A DNA stretch of 64,000 nt from Eledone cirrhosa (GCA_964016885.1 OZ024741.1:298840001-298904000), one strand, 5' to 3'; shown: positions 40,385 through 54,813, numbered from the stretch's first letter. Translations and numbers: made by a program. The notes: a model not told the origin generated them from the letters alone.

Positions 40385-41416
40385 AGACGGACAAAACCTG
40401 GGACGTGACGAGCAGGGTGGCTTCTCTCACCCAGAAATGGGCAGAGAGGAAGCTATCCCTGAAAGGTCGAGCGGAGGTGGCGAATGCGTACATCGCGTCC
40501 GTCATCTACTACCGTCTCGCCGTCGTGCCTTGTCCTAAGCCTCGCCTGACTGCGCTGGAGCGTTTGCTCTTTCGCTTTTTGGGGAAACTCTAGCCGTCGA
40601 CGAAAATCAACTAGCCAATCTCTTCGGAAGAATTTTCGGTCCGGGGCCTATGGACAACTTCCAGAAATCCCAGGCCTGGCAGTTCTACCGAGGAGCTTTG
40701 CCAGTTCGGGATAAATTCTACAGGCATGGAAGTGCCGTCAGTCGGGCATGTCCGAGATGCGCGCAGGGCGACGAAACCGTCCTGCACGCACTCCTCCAGT
40801 GTCCGAGCATTGCTGACTTGTGGGTTTATGTCGAACACCTGCTGTCGCGTGTAGAACGGATCCGGCTATCAGCTGAGTCCATCGTGAGGATTGCCCTGCC
40901 CTCTTCCTTTAGCCGGGAAGGGCAGGCAGTTTTTATCTGTCTGGTGGCCATGGCGAAAGCGATAGTATGATGGACGCGTCTCTAAGGGCTGAAGACGAGC
41001 ACTTACCTCTTCGGTGATGCCCTGATTAACGTTTTCAAATTTCATTTGAAAAGGAAAATCAGGGTAGAGAGGGAAGTGCCCTTTCCCCAGCATTTTGTTG
41101 AAAGATGGGTGAGAGAGGCAAGAATGACTCTGAGTATGCGCCTGTAAATTGAAGGTGGAAAACAGAGAGAGGGCACTTGCCCTATTGGTCAGGGTCCTCG
41201 TGGCTTTTTTTAATGGGCTTTCTCCACCATGGCCCTCGGAAGTCTCCCCCCGCCCCTAATGGGGAATTTTTCATTGTTCCTCTTTTTGTTACATCCTCTG
41301 TTTTTGTTTTTTTACACGCAGAAATGTTTATTTGTACCGTCCTGTATTGTCCTGTTTTGTCCTGTATTGTCCTTAATGTCTTACTTTGTGTAAACCCTTG
41401 TGGTTAATAAAGAAAG

Positions 41417-41417
<1 letters not shown>
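40385..41417 (+). mobile_element. 5'-truncated family B Tx1-like copy with an internal deletion
   Basis: Highly similar to 35228-35427 joined to ~35781-36615; ends in (ATT)n. Confidence 0.9.
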
Positions 41418-41459
<42 letters not shown>

Positions 41460-41461
<2 letters not shown>

Positions 41462-41835
41462 AGTTGCATTTATCTTGCTTTATGTTCATACGAGTTATCA
41501 CCAAGTCACAACCAGTGACCTCAAGAGACAACAAGGTCCGCCATGTTCAAGAAAGAACATACATACACAAACATGCATCTTTAGGTGTTTAGACCTGTGA
41601 TGTACTTATATTGATAGAATCTTTCTTAGTATATGGGCAGTTCCCATTAGTACTATCTTTTGTATTTCTCCTATATGCGGGTTTCCTGGGATTCTTGTCT
41701 ATTGGAACGGACATATCAATTAGCAGGCATACCCTCTTTTTAAAGTCCTTCAGTATTATATCAGGTCTATTTGCATCTATTTTTCGGTCTGTTTGGATGC
41801 TAAAGTTCCACAAGATTGAGATGTGATCTTTATTA
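41460..41835 (-). mobile_element. R4/Dong-like 3' fragment
   Basis: ILWNFSIQTDRKIDANRPDIILKD..CLLIDMSVP. Confidence 0.8.
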
Positions 41836-41840
41836 TTATT

Positions 41841-42163
41841 CTTCCCAGCATTTTGTTGAAAGATGGGTGAGAGAAGCAAGTATGGCCCGAATGAATGGGC
41901 CTTCTCTGAGTATGTGTCTGTAAATTAAAGGTGGAAAACTGGGAGAGGGCACTTGCCCTGGTGGTCAGGGCCACTGTGGTCTTTTAATGGGCTTTCTCCA
42001 CAAATGTCCCTCGGAAGTCTCCCCCCTATTGGGGAATTTTTCTTTGTTATTTTATTTCAACCTCTGTTTTTACACGCAGAAATGCCCATTTGTACCGTCC
42101 TGTATTGTCCTGTACTGTCCTTAATGTCTACTTTATGTGAACCCTTGTGGTTAATAAAGAAAA

Positions 42164-42164
<1 letters not shown>
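41841..42164 (+). mobile_element. Family B Tx1-like 3' fragment
   Basis: Matches 36284-36615; followed by (ATT)n. Confidence 0.9.
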
Positions 42165-42217
<53 letters not shown>

Positions 42218-42219
<2 letters not shown>

Positions 42220-43245
42220 CTTGAATCTCAGTCATTGATGTTGGTTAACTGGAAAGTCCGTTGGAATGAATATCAAGCCACTACCTGCAGCCTCAGATAT
42301 TCAGGACGTATCGGAGGGTTCTTGCTGTTCCCAGCAAGCATGCCTTTTGAAGCGTTCCAAAAAGCGTGGCGGGGCCAATTTTCTTTAACCATCCCTGGAA
42401 ACTTTTTGAGATAGTACCTAGTGCGACTATGACAATCGGGACCACTTTGATTTCATGGCAGTTCCAAATCCTTTTTACCTCCCACTTTAAGTCCTGGTAT
42501 CGGTTAATTTTCTCCCTCTCCTTTTCTTGCACTCTCGTGTCGAATGGGCAGGCCACATCCACAATCAGGCACGATCTTTTTTCCTTGTCCAAAACCACCA
42601 GGTCAGGTCTATTGTGTTCCAGTTTCTTGTCCGTCTGTATCCTAAAATCCCACAGCAGCTTCACCTGATCGTTTTCTATCACCGACTCTGGCTTATGCTC
42701 ATACCACTTCTCAGAATGTGGTAAATTGTTTACTTTGCATAGGTGTCAGTGGATCAAACTGCCCATCACATCATGTCTCCAGCCCTTATAGTGAGTCTGG
42801 GCTAGGTGTTTACACTCGGATACAATGTGAGCCAGTCTCCTCCCTCTCTCCACAGATCCTGCACAGTCGGCTAGCCTCCTCCTTGTAAATATGGTGTTTC
42901 AACCACTTCCTTTTGAGGGCCTGCTCTTGCGCAGCCATTAGCATTCCTTCTGTAGCCTCTTTTCAACCAGTTCCATGTCTGTGTATCTCTGAATTCTGTT
43001 TTCTCAAAGAAGGTACTATGAAGGGATTTTTCACGAAGGCTGCTCTTTCTCCTTGTTGTTATTTCCTCCTTGGACATCCCCTGGTCTATTATCCCCTCCT
43101 TCAGTACAATTCTGAGCATTGACTCCTTACTATCAGTCACGTATTTGTGTAGGTTGTTTTTCTCCATCTGAACACAGTCCTCTATGCTGATAAGACCTCT
43201 TCCACCTTCAGATCTCCTTAAGTAGAGTCTATCGACATAACTCCT
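42218..43245 (-). mobile_element. R4/Dong-like 3' fragment, same subfamily as 28763-30939
   Basis: Closely similar to 28763-29785; LWDFRIQTDKKLEHNRPDLVVLDK; (ATT)n on both sides. Confidence 0.9.
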
Positions 43246-43246
43246 A

Positions 43247-43322
<76 letters not shown>

Positions 43323-43329
43323 TGTTGTT

Positions 43330-43960
43330 GTTTTATTTCGTTTAGCTCAGTTCTGTTTCTCTATTACCGGGTCCAGGCCTTGAACCTAAGGTAATATATG
43401 CTTTCCTTGTAGAGAGAGAACTGGTCTGAGAATGTGTGCCGTTCCTAGTAGCTCATATTTGCTGATCTTCCAGGCAAGGATGCTAAGGTCTGAGGATTTT
43501 GGTATTAATCCTAATGCTCCTATTACCACAGGCATAGTGTTGTGGTATTCCTCCACATGCAGTTGATCTCTATTTCCATGTCCTTATATTTAGACAGTTT
43601 TTCCATTGTTTTTATAGATGGTACGGAAATATCTATAAGACTACATGTCCGATCTGTTTTGATTTTTATGATCATATCTGGTCTGTTGGCAGTGATTTCT
43701 CGGTTGGTTATCCTAGGCATATCCCACAAGATGGATATGTTGCTCTTTTCCATGACTGTTTTTGGTTGGTGTTCATACCATTTGTTAGAAGTTTGGATGT
43801 TATGAGAGCGGCAGAGCATCCAGTGCACATATTTAGCAATGCAGTTGTGTCTTTCGATACAGTCAAATTTTGCCAACCGGAGATAACATGATCTACCGTT
43901 TCTTCATGTCTGTAGCATATTCTGTAGCATATTTTGTTCAAGTGGCAATAGATCTCCACA
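43330..43960 (-). mobile_element. R4/Dong-like 3' fragment (divergent subfamily)
   Basis: CRIC...ETVDHVISG, RHNCIAKYVHW, WYEHQP, ILWD....REITANRPD, KYKDMEIEI. Confidence 0.85.
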
Positions 43961-44689
43961 GGTGAGGTAATTTTAGAGCCTGTTGGTAATCACTGAGAAA
44001 TAATTATTATTGTTATGGCAGTATTGGTAGAACGACAGCATAGTAGATTTTATGGCCTTTTACGTTCTCAGCTCAAATCCCGCCAGGTTAACTTTGCATT
44101 TCATCCTTATGGGCTCGATAAAATAAAGTACCAGTCACGCACTGAGTCGATTTAATCGACTTTCCCCACCCTCCAAAATTGCTGGCCTTGTGCCTATATA
44201 ATAAATCATTATTATTATATTTTACGGTCTGAGTTCAAATCCCGCCGAGGTTCACTTTGCCTTTCATCCTTACGGGGTCTATAAAATAAAATACCAGTAA
44301 TGTACTGGGTAATTGCTGACCTTGTGTCAAAAAAGTAGAAACAATTATTATTATATTTTCGTTTGATTTCGTTTCATGTGCAATGACTACCAAGTAACAA
44401 CAAGTCACATCTCAAAAGTTGAGAGATAAATAAGTGTTTAATAAAAAAAAAGAGAAATTATAAAAAGGTAGGAGTAGAAAGAGATAAAAATAAGTATTAT
44501 GGAGTATAAAAGATATGAATTAATTTTACATATATGAATGGTAATTAATACTAATTTGCTCGAAAAATTAAACAGAAAAGATTGTGTGTTGACATATATT
44601 AGAAAGACAAAAATTTACGAAGTATGTGGGCGGTACTTCTTAGAACTATCTTTTGATGCTAGGTTTACCAGGTATCTTTTCAAGAAACA

Positions 44690-47215
44690 TTTGAACACCT
44701 TTCTTTATGACACCGAGAGCTCCTATCACTAGTTTGTGACTTTAGGTGCCGCATTCTGTTTATCTCAATTTCTAGATCTTTATATTTAGCAAGTTTCTCA
44801 TGCTCTTTTCTATCTGTCAATGAGTAAGCAGGTCTTGTTTAAATCTTTAATAATAGTATCAGGGTGGTTTGCATTAATAGTGTGATCTGTGCGAATGGTA
44901 AAGTCCTAAGATTTTGTTGTTCCTTCAGTCTCAGTCATTGGTTGTGGTTTGAGTTCATACCAGTTTTCAGCAGTTTCTGTATTGTATGCTTTACATATTA
45001 TCCAGTGGATATATTATCCCACCTTACTATCTCTAATCTTATATTCAGTTGGTGCAGATGTTTTTGTTAGCTTTCCTTTTTTAAACGTTGCTTTGACGTA
45101 TTTATCAAGACCAAATTCCATGCCAATGTTATTGCTAAATTGCTTCACAGTTCTAAAAGTCCTTCCGGCTCTTGGTGGCTTTCAGCATACAATTTTAGGT
45201 CATCCATAAAAAATAAATGGCTTACGATCGTATTGTTGCTGTTCATTATATCGGTATCCCTTGTTGATGAGATCACTTGATATTAGAAAGAGAGCAAGGC
45301 AAAAGGTAAGAGGGGCAGAGTGATTTATCTTGGAATATTCCGCAATTAATTTTAATTTTATCTGATTTTATGACTTCTTTTTTTATGGTTTAAAAATAAG
45401 GCAGTGTACCATTTTGTCATGCCAAAGTTAGATATTATGGGATATATTTTGGAAATTTCTAGAACTTCCAGTATCCATTCATGTGGTACACTGTTATAGG
45501 CCTTTCTATAATCAATCTAAGCAGTGCTTAAATTTTTTCTGTTTGGACCGATAATTTTCTAGAGTCATCTAATTAATTGTTTCTACTTTTGACACAAGGC
45601 CAGTAATTACCCAGTACATTACTAGTACTTTATTTTATCGACCCCATAAGGATGAAAGGCAAAGTTAACCTCGACGGGATTTGAACTCAGAATCATCTAA
45701 TTAATAGTTGGTCTTTGCACCTGTATGAGTTCAGTCTCTCTTCCTTTTCTTCTTGTAGAACGATTTCATTTTCATCAAGGTGTTTGTATGTTCGCTAGGT
45801 TACTATAGATGACAGGATTGTGTAAGTCGTAGTGAGACAGGTTATTGGGCTAAAGATTTTAGTTTTTATTTGTCTCAGCTGTTTTGGGGAGAATGTATGT
45901 TGTGCCTTCTGTCGACCAGTTCGGTGTTGTCTTTGGATTTCCTTTGGATTTTCATAAGCAGGTTCTTTATGCATCCCTGTAAATGAATGTAATCAAAAGT
46001 TAAAAATTTGGTGTTTCCCACCTTAGCTCTCGCAGCTCCATTTCTTGCCATTCCTGATGGTAAATATCTCTCGTGCTGTCTATTTCTCTATTAATCTATT
46101 CATCATCTTTATTATATTAGTTTTCATTGCTCCATATATTTTCCCAGAATTGTTGAACTACATTCACGGTAGTTGGTTCTTTAATCTCCATTGGATGTTT
46201 CCCTATTTCCGGATAAAATTTCTTTGCATCAGTTTGAAAGATTCTGTTTTGTTTGGAGAACTCCTCTCTCTTATCGCATCGCCTAACTCTCTGTCTTTGA
46301 CTTGGATACGTTGTTTCAGAGTCACCTTGATTCTCTTTATCTGTGATCTTAGGCTTTCTTTTAACTTTTCTCGCTGGTTAGCTCTTTGATTATTGACAGT
46401 TCAATTCTCAAGTTATCAATTTCTTTTTGTATTTATTTCCTGTCCATTTAAGTTGCTTATGATTTTATTTTTCTTAATTTTAAGATCAATTTTGCAGCTT
46501 ATAGCTTTAGTTGTAGAGTATATAAGGTCGTTAAGAGAGGTCAAATCTTTTTCACCTTCTGCTAAAATCTCCTTTATCGCATCATTGTAAATTCTAATCC
46601 CATGGTCGTTTGTCCCGGTTTTTTTTTTATTTCGGTGCATAATGTTTTACTTAATTCTCTAACAATGTATTTAGCTTCTGCAATGTCTTGTGCATTGCCT
46701 TCAAGAAACATGTAATCGTTTTCATTATCCTCAGCAATTGGTTCCATAAGTTGTTCTTCGCCAATATTTCTACTCTTTGACTTCTTCTTCCGACATGTCA
46801 TCAATTGTATCGGTGTCCTGGTGTTGTTAGGCTGTTTTTGTATTTCCGCTCCTCTCTTATCACATTGTGGTCTTATCTGTTTTAATTCAATCAATGTGAA
46901 TTTGATTTCTTTTACAATGTATCTACGTGTGTTTCCTAGTTTATTGATATTTATGTAAGGGCAGATGTTTACGCCGACCAGTTTCCTCCATTCAGTGTAT
47001 GTTTGTTTTCTAACATTTGATTGGGGGACGTTTAATGTTGTATAGAATGCTGTCCTAACCTGTTTATATTCCTCCCTAGTCTATTTTTGTTCTAGTGTCT
47101 TTTGTTGGTGTTTGTTCTACTGGTCAAAGTTTGGGGATTTCCAGGTTCTGGTGACCTGTTGAACTGTTAGATGGGGAGGTTGCACCAGTTGTCAACATTT
47201 CCCAACCTGTTACAT
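44690..47215 (-). mobile_element. Heavily decayed R4/Dong-like LINE including its N-terminal region, interrupted by a SINE at ~45575-45692
   Basis: Manual translation shows remnants: TREEYKQVR.AFY (~47050-47080), YTILSSIV, DYRKAYNSVPHEW, HLF.MD.LK, FSNNIGMEFGLDK, and EKLAKYKDLEIE. Confidence 0.65.
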
Positions 47216-47242
47216 CACTTTATTATTACTATTGTCATTCTT

Positions 47243-47470
47243 AGGGCAGTGGATTGGCAGTATCGGTAGAAGATCGGGCGCTATGCTTTGCAGCATAGAG
47301 TTACGGCCCTTTATGATCTGAGTTCAAATCCCGCGAGGTTAACTTTTCCTTTCATCCTTACGGGGTCGATAAAATAAGTACCAGTCACACACTGGGGTCG
47401 ATTTAATCGACTTTCCCCTCCCGCAAGATTGCTGGCCTTGTGCCTATATAAGAAACCATTATTATTGTTA
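47243..47470 (+). mobile_element. Full-length-looking tRNA-derived SINE
   Basis: gggcagtggattggcagtatcggtaga head, gagttcaaatcc B-box, central domain, and ATT tail; a similar copy lies at 51408-51628. Confidence 0.8.
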
Positions 47471-47812
47471 TTCTTGGAGTCTCAGCCATTAATGTTATTT
47501 AACTGGAAAGTGTGTTTAAATGAACATCAAGCTGATACCTGTAGCCTCAGATATTTAGCACGTATCGGAGGGTTCTTGCTATTCCCAGCTAGCATGCCTT
47601 TTGAAGTGCTCCAAAAAAGAGGACTGGACTAATGTTTTTTGACTATCCTTGAAAACTCTTTGAGATAGTAGCTAGTGCTCCCGTGACAATTAGGACGACC
47701 TTGATCTCATGACAGTCCCAAATCCTTTTTACTTCCCACTTATCAATTAATTTTCTTCTTCTCCTTTTCTTGCATTCTTGTGTCAAAGGGACAGGCTACA
47801 TGTACAATCAGG
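47470..47812 (-). mobile_element. R4/Dong-like 3' fragment
   Basis: Homologous to 37211-37570. Confidence 0.8.
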
Positions 47813-47937
47813 CATTATTGTTACGTACCCTTACGATCTGAGTTCAAATCCTGCCGAGGTTAACTTTGCCTTTCATCCTTACGGGGTCGATAAAATAAAG
47901 TACCAGGAACGTATAGGGTAATTGCTGGCCTTGTGCC

Positions 47938-48369
47938 AATTCGGCAAATCCATGATTGACTTTTTCAAATTTCACTTGAAGAGGAAAATCAGGGCGAAGA
48001 GGCAAGTGCTGTCTTCTAGTAAGATTGTTGAACCGTGGGTAAAAGAGACGAGTCTGGTCCGAGTGAACTGGCCACACTCTGAGTGTGCGCCTGTAGACTG
48101 AGGAGTGGGAGAAGTGAGAGAGGGTTCTTGCCCTGGTCACCAGGGTGGCCGTGGTATTTTGTGTGGTTTTCGCCATGAGTGACCCTCAGAGGTTTTCCCC
48201 TTATGGTGGAATTTTTGTTGTTTGAATTTTTTTGATTTGTTTTTACACATTTCTATCTTCTTTTTTTAACCATTTTACACGACCAAAACCCACTTTGTAT
48301 CGTCCTTTACCGTTCTGTGCCGTCTGTAATGTTTTTCTTCATGTTAGACCTTGTGGCCAATAAAGAAAG

Positions 48370-48418
<49 letters not shown>

Positions 48419-48820
48419 GATGAAAAAGATTATGTAGTTGATTCGATAAAATGGGTTGAGGACAGAAATCTTTCCCTTTCGGAGAATTTCTGATTAAACT
48501 TTTCAAGTTTCACTTGAAGAGGAAAATCGCAGTCGGGAGAGAAGTTCTGCCTCCCAGCCAGTTTGTTGAAAGGTTATGAGAGTTGCGACCATGGTCCGAG
48601 TGAATGTACACCGTGGGCTTTGTCCATGAGTGACCCCCGGATTAGTCCCAACCCCTAACGGAGAATTTTCTTTTGTTTAAATTTTGTGTTGTTTTATATT
48701 TTTACACGAAAAAACAAACAAACAAACAAAACAACAACCCTTATATTATACCTTGTTGTATTGTTTAGTGCCGCCCTTAATGTTTTCTCGGTGTCAACCT
48801 TTTATGATTAACAAAGAAAT
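47938..48820 (+). mobile_element. Two divergent Tx1-like 3' fragments (47938-48370 and ~48470-48820), each ending in (ATT)n
   Basis: Both contain tttcaa.tttcacttgaagaggaaaatc (FKFHLKRKI) and a 3' UTR similar to family B. Confidence 0.8.
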
Positions 48821-48849
48821 CATCATTATTATTATTATTGGCATTTTCA

Positions 48850-49135
48850 ATTTATCTTTTTACATTACGTAGAGCCGGGTTCAAGCTCTGAGCTTGAGAC
48901 CTTCTAAGGAGTATGTTATTTGATTGGCAGTACTTTCTGAAGTATGTAGCTAGCGGTGTTAACCGTCGGGCGATCTTCTGGACTGTGTAGATGTTGATAT
49001 GGCCTTGCTCACGGTTAATGAACTTTTTGACTCCTTTCTTCTTACGCTGTAGGGCAACAATGACCACTGATATTATTTCGAGCTTCATATTTCACACCAT
49101 GTTTATTTTAATCTCCATTCCATATATTTGTTGGA
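48850..49135 (-). mobile_element. R4/Dong-like 3' fragment
   Basis: KLEIISVVIVAL..INIYTVQKIA resembles the C-terminus of the other copies. Confidence 0.6.
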
Positions 49136-50599
49136 CCTCTGTTAATTCCAAAAACGAGTGGTCCCGTTATGTGAAGATCTTGCCTATGAAATTAATGAGA
49201 GACTACCAGAGCATTCCACGGGCAGGTTTAAATCGAAGAATATTATTAGGGAAATTCGGCGTGATGCACAATGTGACCAGGTCGGTCCTTTAAATTACAG
49301 GTTCAACTTATTATTTCTAGCTACATGACCTGGAGAAACGAGACAGAATTTGTCTTGGTCAGAGACATAACCCGCCGCTGGGAAACGAACTCATCAACTT
49401 ACGAACGTGAGCCGAATTATCCTAATGACAAATCAATAATCTTTCAAAGATCTATACTTGGTCAGCTTCACAGTAAGTTTCATGCAAGTATTTGTTTCGG
49501 ATGATATTGTTATGTTGATAAGCGTACATTTCTGATTATCCTCCACCTACACAACGATGACAGATTTCTTCATTTCGTTCTTTCTCTATCAGTGTGGATG
49601 GGCAAGATCTACTGGGTGATAACATTGTTGTTATCGGTGACCATATTTTGCAGAAAATACGGGATGAACACGCGTGATATATATTTGGTCATAAGTCTGC
49701 TCTCAATCAAGACTGACCTACGGCTCAACAACAGAAATAGTAGAAGCAACAACAACACTAGCAACAACAACAACAACAACAGTAGCAGTAGCAGCGGCAG
49801 CAACACAAAAAACATTTCTTTATGTTCTCTCGACGAATGTAGTCCACCAAACAAAAAAAAAAAAAAAAAACGCCGGCATTATCACAGTTAAAGTAACATT
49901 TGATCTCCAGTCTGCTCGACCAAGGTTAACATATGTCTTTAACAACAACAAAAACAACAACTACAATACCAGCATCAACAACATTTTAATAATTATATTA
50001 AATTATTTTCCTCTAGGCAATCCAATCAGTAACATGGTTTCTACTCATTAGCAACACATCCAATTTTTTTTTTTTTTCTGGTAACATCAAATGCACTGTT
50101 ATTAAGGCCAACCTTTTAAATCTTTGTAATACCAATTTCTACTTTTAATTTGTCTCCGTTAAGAAGACAACATATAATAATGAGTTTTCAATTACAGATC
50201 TGGTAGATTTGACATACAACACACGCACACACACACACACACGCCTACACACACATCAAACACATACCCTGACACACACACATAGACACAAAAACGCCCA
50301 CACATACACATACTACGTTTTTTTTTTTACACATATCTGCACTGATTCCAATTACAGGTTCAAGGCACAGGCATGGCTATATGATTATGTAGTCATTGCG
50401 AAACCATGTGATTGTAGGTTCTGGCCTCTGGCATCGATTCAACTGCACGGCATCATAGGCAAACGATTTCTATTATAGGTTTGCCAATATATTGTGAGTG
50501 GAATTTGTATGACGGATTCTGTGTGGAAGCCCGGCGTATATATATATGTTTCTCTCTCTTCCCCTCTGTGTATATATATATATATTTATTACTATATAT

Positions 50600-50679
<80 letters not shown>

Positions 50680-53600
50680 TTATATATATATATATATATA
50701 TACATATATATATAAATAAATAAATATATATATATATATATAGTAATATATCGTAATATATATATATATATAGTAATATATAGTAATAAATATATATAGG
50801 CATGTTTATATACCTGTGCGTGTATGTATGTATGAATCTGTGTTTATATTATATTTCTCATCGTATAACTGATAGAATTAAACACCGGTCTAAAAGCGGC
50901 ATTCTTTGAAAAAGTTCACCGAGTTACACACACGTGTCCATGTCACTCTTGCTATCAAATTAAAAATATAGTAGACAAATGATCGGTTTCCTGGAAACCT
51001 GTAACCAACGACGCTATTCTTCACAAATCACTACATAAAATATAAATAAATAAATCATCTAATTAATCACACTATCTTCTTGACGGCAATGAAAACGAAT
51101 AATCGTCTTCTCATTAATGTCTTGTTTTCTCCATAACATTATCCTGCTTTGAATCTTTAGTAATTTACTGTCTTTATTTTCTAATCAAGATTATTGCTTT
51201 TGTCGCGATGGTACCATTTTTGTTGTTGTTATTGTATTAACAAATGTTCTAGTTTAACATGTTTTAGTGATAAACTTGTCATTCTAATAACATTTATCTT
51301 TAGCGATGATAGACTCTTCGATTCACTAGAAACCACTTTACTTTGTTTCCACTACATCTGTTATGGATAGCCCCAGAGAATATATTTCATGTCATTATTT
51401 AAACTAAGGGCAGGGCGGTGGATTGGCAGTATCGGTAGAGGGTCAGAGGCCATGCTTTGCAGCATAGAGTTAGGGTCTGTTATGATCTGAGTTCAAATCG
51501 CGCCGAGGTTAACTTTGCCTTTCCTTTTTACGGCGTCGATAAAATAAAGCACCAGTGAGGTACTGGGGTCGATTTAATCGACTTCCCCCAAAATTACTGG
51601 TCTTGTGCCTATATTAGAAATCATTATTTAGACTAATACATTGCAGTGGATTGGCAGAATCGTTATGGTATCGGATAAAATGTACTGCAGTATTTTGTTA
51701 TGGTCCTCTGTGCTCTGTGTTCATTCTTCTGGGTTCGATAAAACAAAGTACTAATTATGTACTGGGATCGATATAATCAGTTTTTACTTTCCCTAAAATT
51801 GCTGGTCTGCGTCAATGGGAGAAAGAATTACTTCGTCGAACAGAGGGCTGTAGATTGGCAGAATTGTTTGAGCGTCGGGAGATATGCTTCGAAGTATTTC
51901 CTCAGAATCTTTACGTTCTGGTTTCAATCTCGCCGAGGTCACTTTGCATTTCATCCTTACAGATTGAAAGCCTTTTGCCAAAATTAGAAACCATTATTTA
52001 AGCGAGCGCTTTATAGTAAAATATAAAGCTGTTAGCGAAATGAATCAACAATAAGATTAAAACATCTCGATTGTAGCAATTCACACAATCAGATTTTCTT
52101 CCTTGATATGTAGTTGATCTTGTGTATGATTACAAAAATAACCATTGAGACGAGCAAAAATGGATGAGGTTACTTTGGAAACAAATAATTCATGACATTA
52201 TTTTTAAGACAATAATTTAGACTCACAGAAAAGATATTTCTGGTGATGAGCTACTCTTGATAGAATATTCCCATCAACACTTCTAGCAAAAGTAGAGGGT
52301 GCATCTAAGTAATCGTTTCCTCAAACCATACTCAATGAATTTGAAAATGAAAGAAATACATTGAATAATATAATCATAGATTAACGTCTGCGTGACTTAT
52401 AACTGCGCCTAATGACACATGGTGTATTTTGGGTACTTTAAATCTAGCAGAGTCCATCCCTTCTCTAGGTCTGAACAGAGAAAGAGATAGAATTGGAGAG
52501 GAAGAATCGACTCCAGTACAGGATTGGTAATTTTTCATTGGCCCCGAAAGGATGAAAGGCAAAATATAATCATAGATACACTATTTGAAATAAAGACGGT
52601 AAGTATGGTCGTGACTAGAATATCTTTGTACATAGGTCAACTCATTCAGAGTTTCCTTGGGTCTAAACAACAACAACAAACAAAAATAACTAAAGTAAAA
52701 TTACCCACTATCATGATTCCTCTTTTCGAATAAAAATAGGGGAATATAAGGATAATGGATGACGATCCCATAACTTCTTGTGGAATCGTAGAGGCACCGT
52801 CATACGGCGTGTCTAGAGCACATTTAAACCTGGCGGCGCCCAACCCTCTCCAGGTCTGAACACAGCCGACCTTTTCTATAGAGGAAGAACCAAGCCCAAT
52901 ACTGGACTGGTACTTTTTTATCGACCTCAAAAGGATGAAAGGCAAAGTTGAACAAGAAGGATTTGAACTCTGAGCGCTCAAAGAGGTGGGACGAACACCA
53001 TAAAGCATTCTCTCCGACGTTTGCCTATCGCAGCCTTAAAAAAATAAAATCTAAAGTAATGTGAAGTATGTGATGAGTGTGGACGCAGCATGGCCGATGG
53101 TTAAGAAGTTTCTAAAAAGTGATTACGTCGTGGGTTCGATCCCACTACATGGCATTTTGTGTAAGTTTTATTTACCATAGCGTTGGACGACTCATACCTT
53201 GTGAATGGAATTGGGTAGATGGAAATTGTTGCATGGATTGTACTTGTAATTTAAAGGGTTTCCCTTGTCACACGGTGTCGCGGTCAATCTCGTTGAGAAT
53301 CACATTCAGGATACACGTTTATGTGGAAGGCTCATCTACCTGCACATTAATTTAATGAGTAGGCTATTCCGTTTATTGAACAATTGGAACACCCTATTAG
53401 TCGATCACTGTTATACGTTCTTTCCGGCAAGCACGAAATACAACATATATTTTCCCTCACAGTAACTTAACGAATTGTTAGGGAATAAATTTCTCAGTAA
53501 ATATATTAGCTAAGAGAAATAAGATTACATTTGAATATTTTGTTATATTAAAGGGTGATGTTTGGCCACAATCCGGAGATCATCGGAGAAAATATTCCAG

Positions 53601-54768
53601 TGGTATTTATTCTGGTGCTTAATATTCTGAGTTCAAATACAGTCTACATCAATGTTATCGTTCGTCCCTCCGGGGCCCGATAAAATAATACCAGTCTCGT
53701 ACTGGTTGATATACTCAACATTTTCCATCCTTCTAAATTTGCTGGCCCTATGCCTAAAGTACAAATCAATATTTTTGTCAAATCGGTTAGGTTCAGATCA
53801 TACGAGAATGTTTGAGGTATTCATAGTATAGTAAATACCTTCTTTTTAAGTACCTCCCGCAGCTGGAGTCGTGTTTAGTTTTTGAATTATAAATTAACAC
53901 ATCCCTATAGTATATGTAAACTACAGACATCACTTGCAATCTATAATTACTTGATAGTAAGTACTATGCTTTCGCTGATGTCTTTATAGTCACGAATAGA
54001 CATATAAACACTCGATCCTTAATTCAGTAGAACATCAAATATGTGACAGAGAAGGTGATACAAGAATATTCTCTATTGGTCCCGAAACGAAATCAAAGAT
54101 GACCTCGGAGCGATTTGAACTCAAAGTGCACACACTATGAACACATATCCATCTTTCTAACGACCAAACCGACCGCCTACACACTATTCATACGTACATA
54201 TATGCATACATGCATACATACATACATATATATATACATACTTACATACTTACATACATACATGCATACATGCATACATGCATTTCAGAAATTCAGCATG
54301 TAATAACTGCATATTCACATATATCGACAAAGAAAAAAGTGGAACTGTACACATGTAACTCAACGCATACAGCGCCACACATGCAATAACATCCATACCT
54401 ACACACACACATACACACAAATACATACAGACATACGTATTTAGCTAGTTGATATCTAAATTCCAAGGAAAGAGTCTTGTTTTTATTTAGAAATCGACTC
54501 TTTCTCTTGGAGGAGATTTATGAAATAATAAAACCAGAGTTATATATATATATTTCGTTTCTGAATTTGTTTAGCAAGATTCTTTATCTGAAATCGTGTG
54601 TTGAAACCGATATTGTTATACTTTGGGAGGGTCATGTTGCCAATAAGAAACACACGCACCAGTTGCTTTCACTTCAATTTAATTTAATATATATTTATAA
54701 ATTTACAAATTTATAAATTTCTGGTTGGTTGGTTGGTTCCACAACCAGATAGTTGTTTATATATATAT

Positions 54769-54813
54769 AGTCATAGTTCTTTCGTCACACACTCTGTGAC
54801 CTCTTCAGTGACT
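54769..54813 (-). ncRNA. Mirror copy of the pLTR hammerhead
   Basis: Reverse complement of 56598-56642. Confidence 0.8.

Noticed and set aside
47243-47340. tRNA gene suggested by A/B boxes
   Set aside because: No cloverleaf; it continues into a repeated SINE body and ATT tail.
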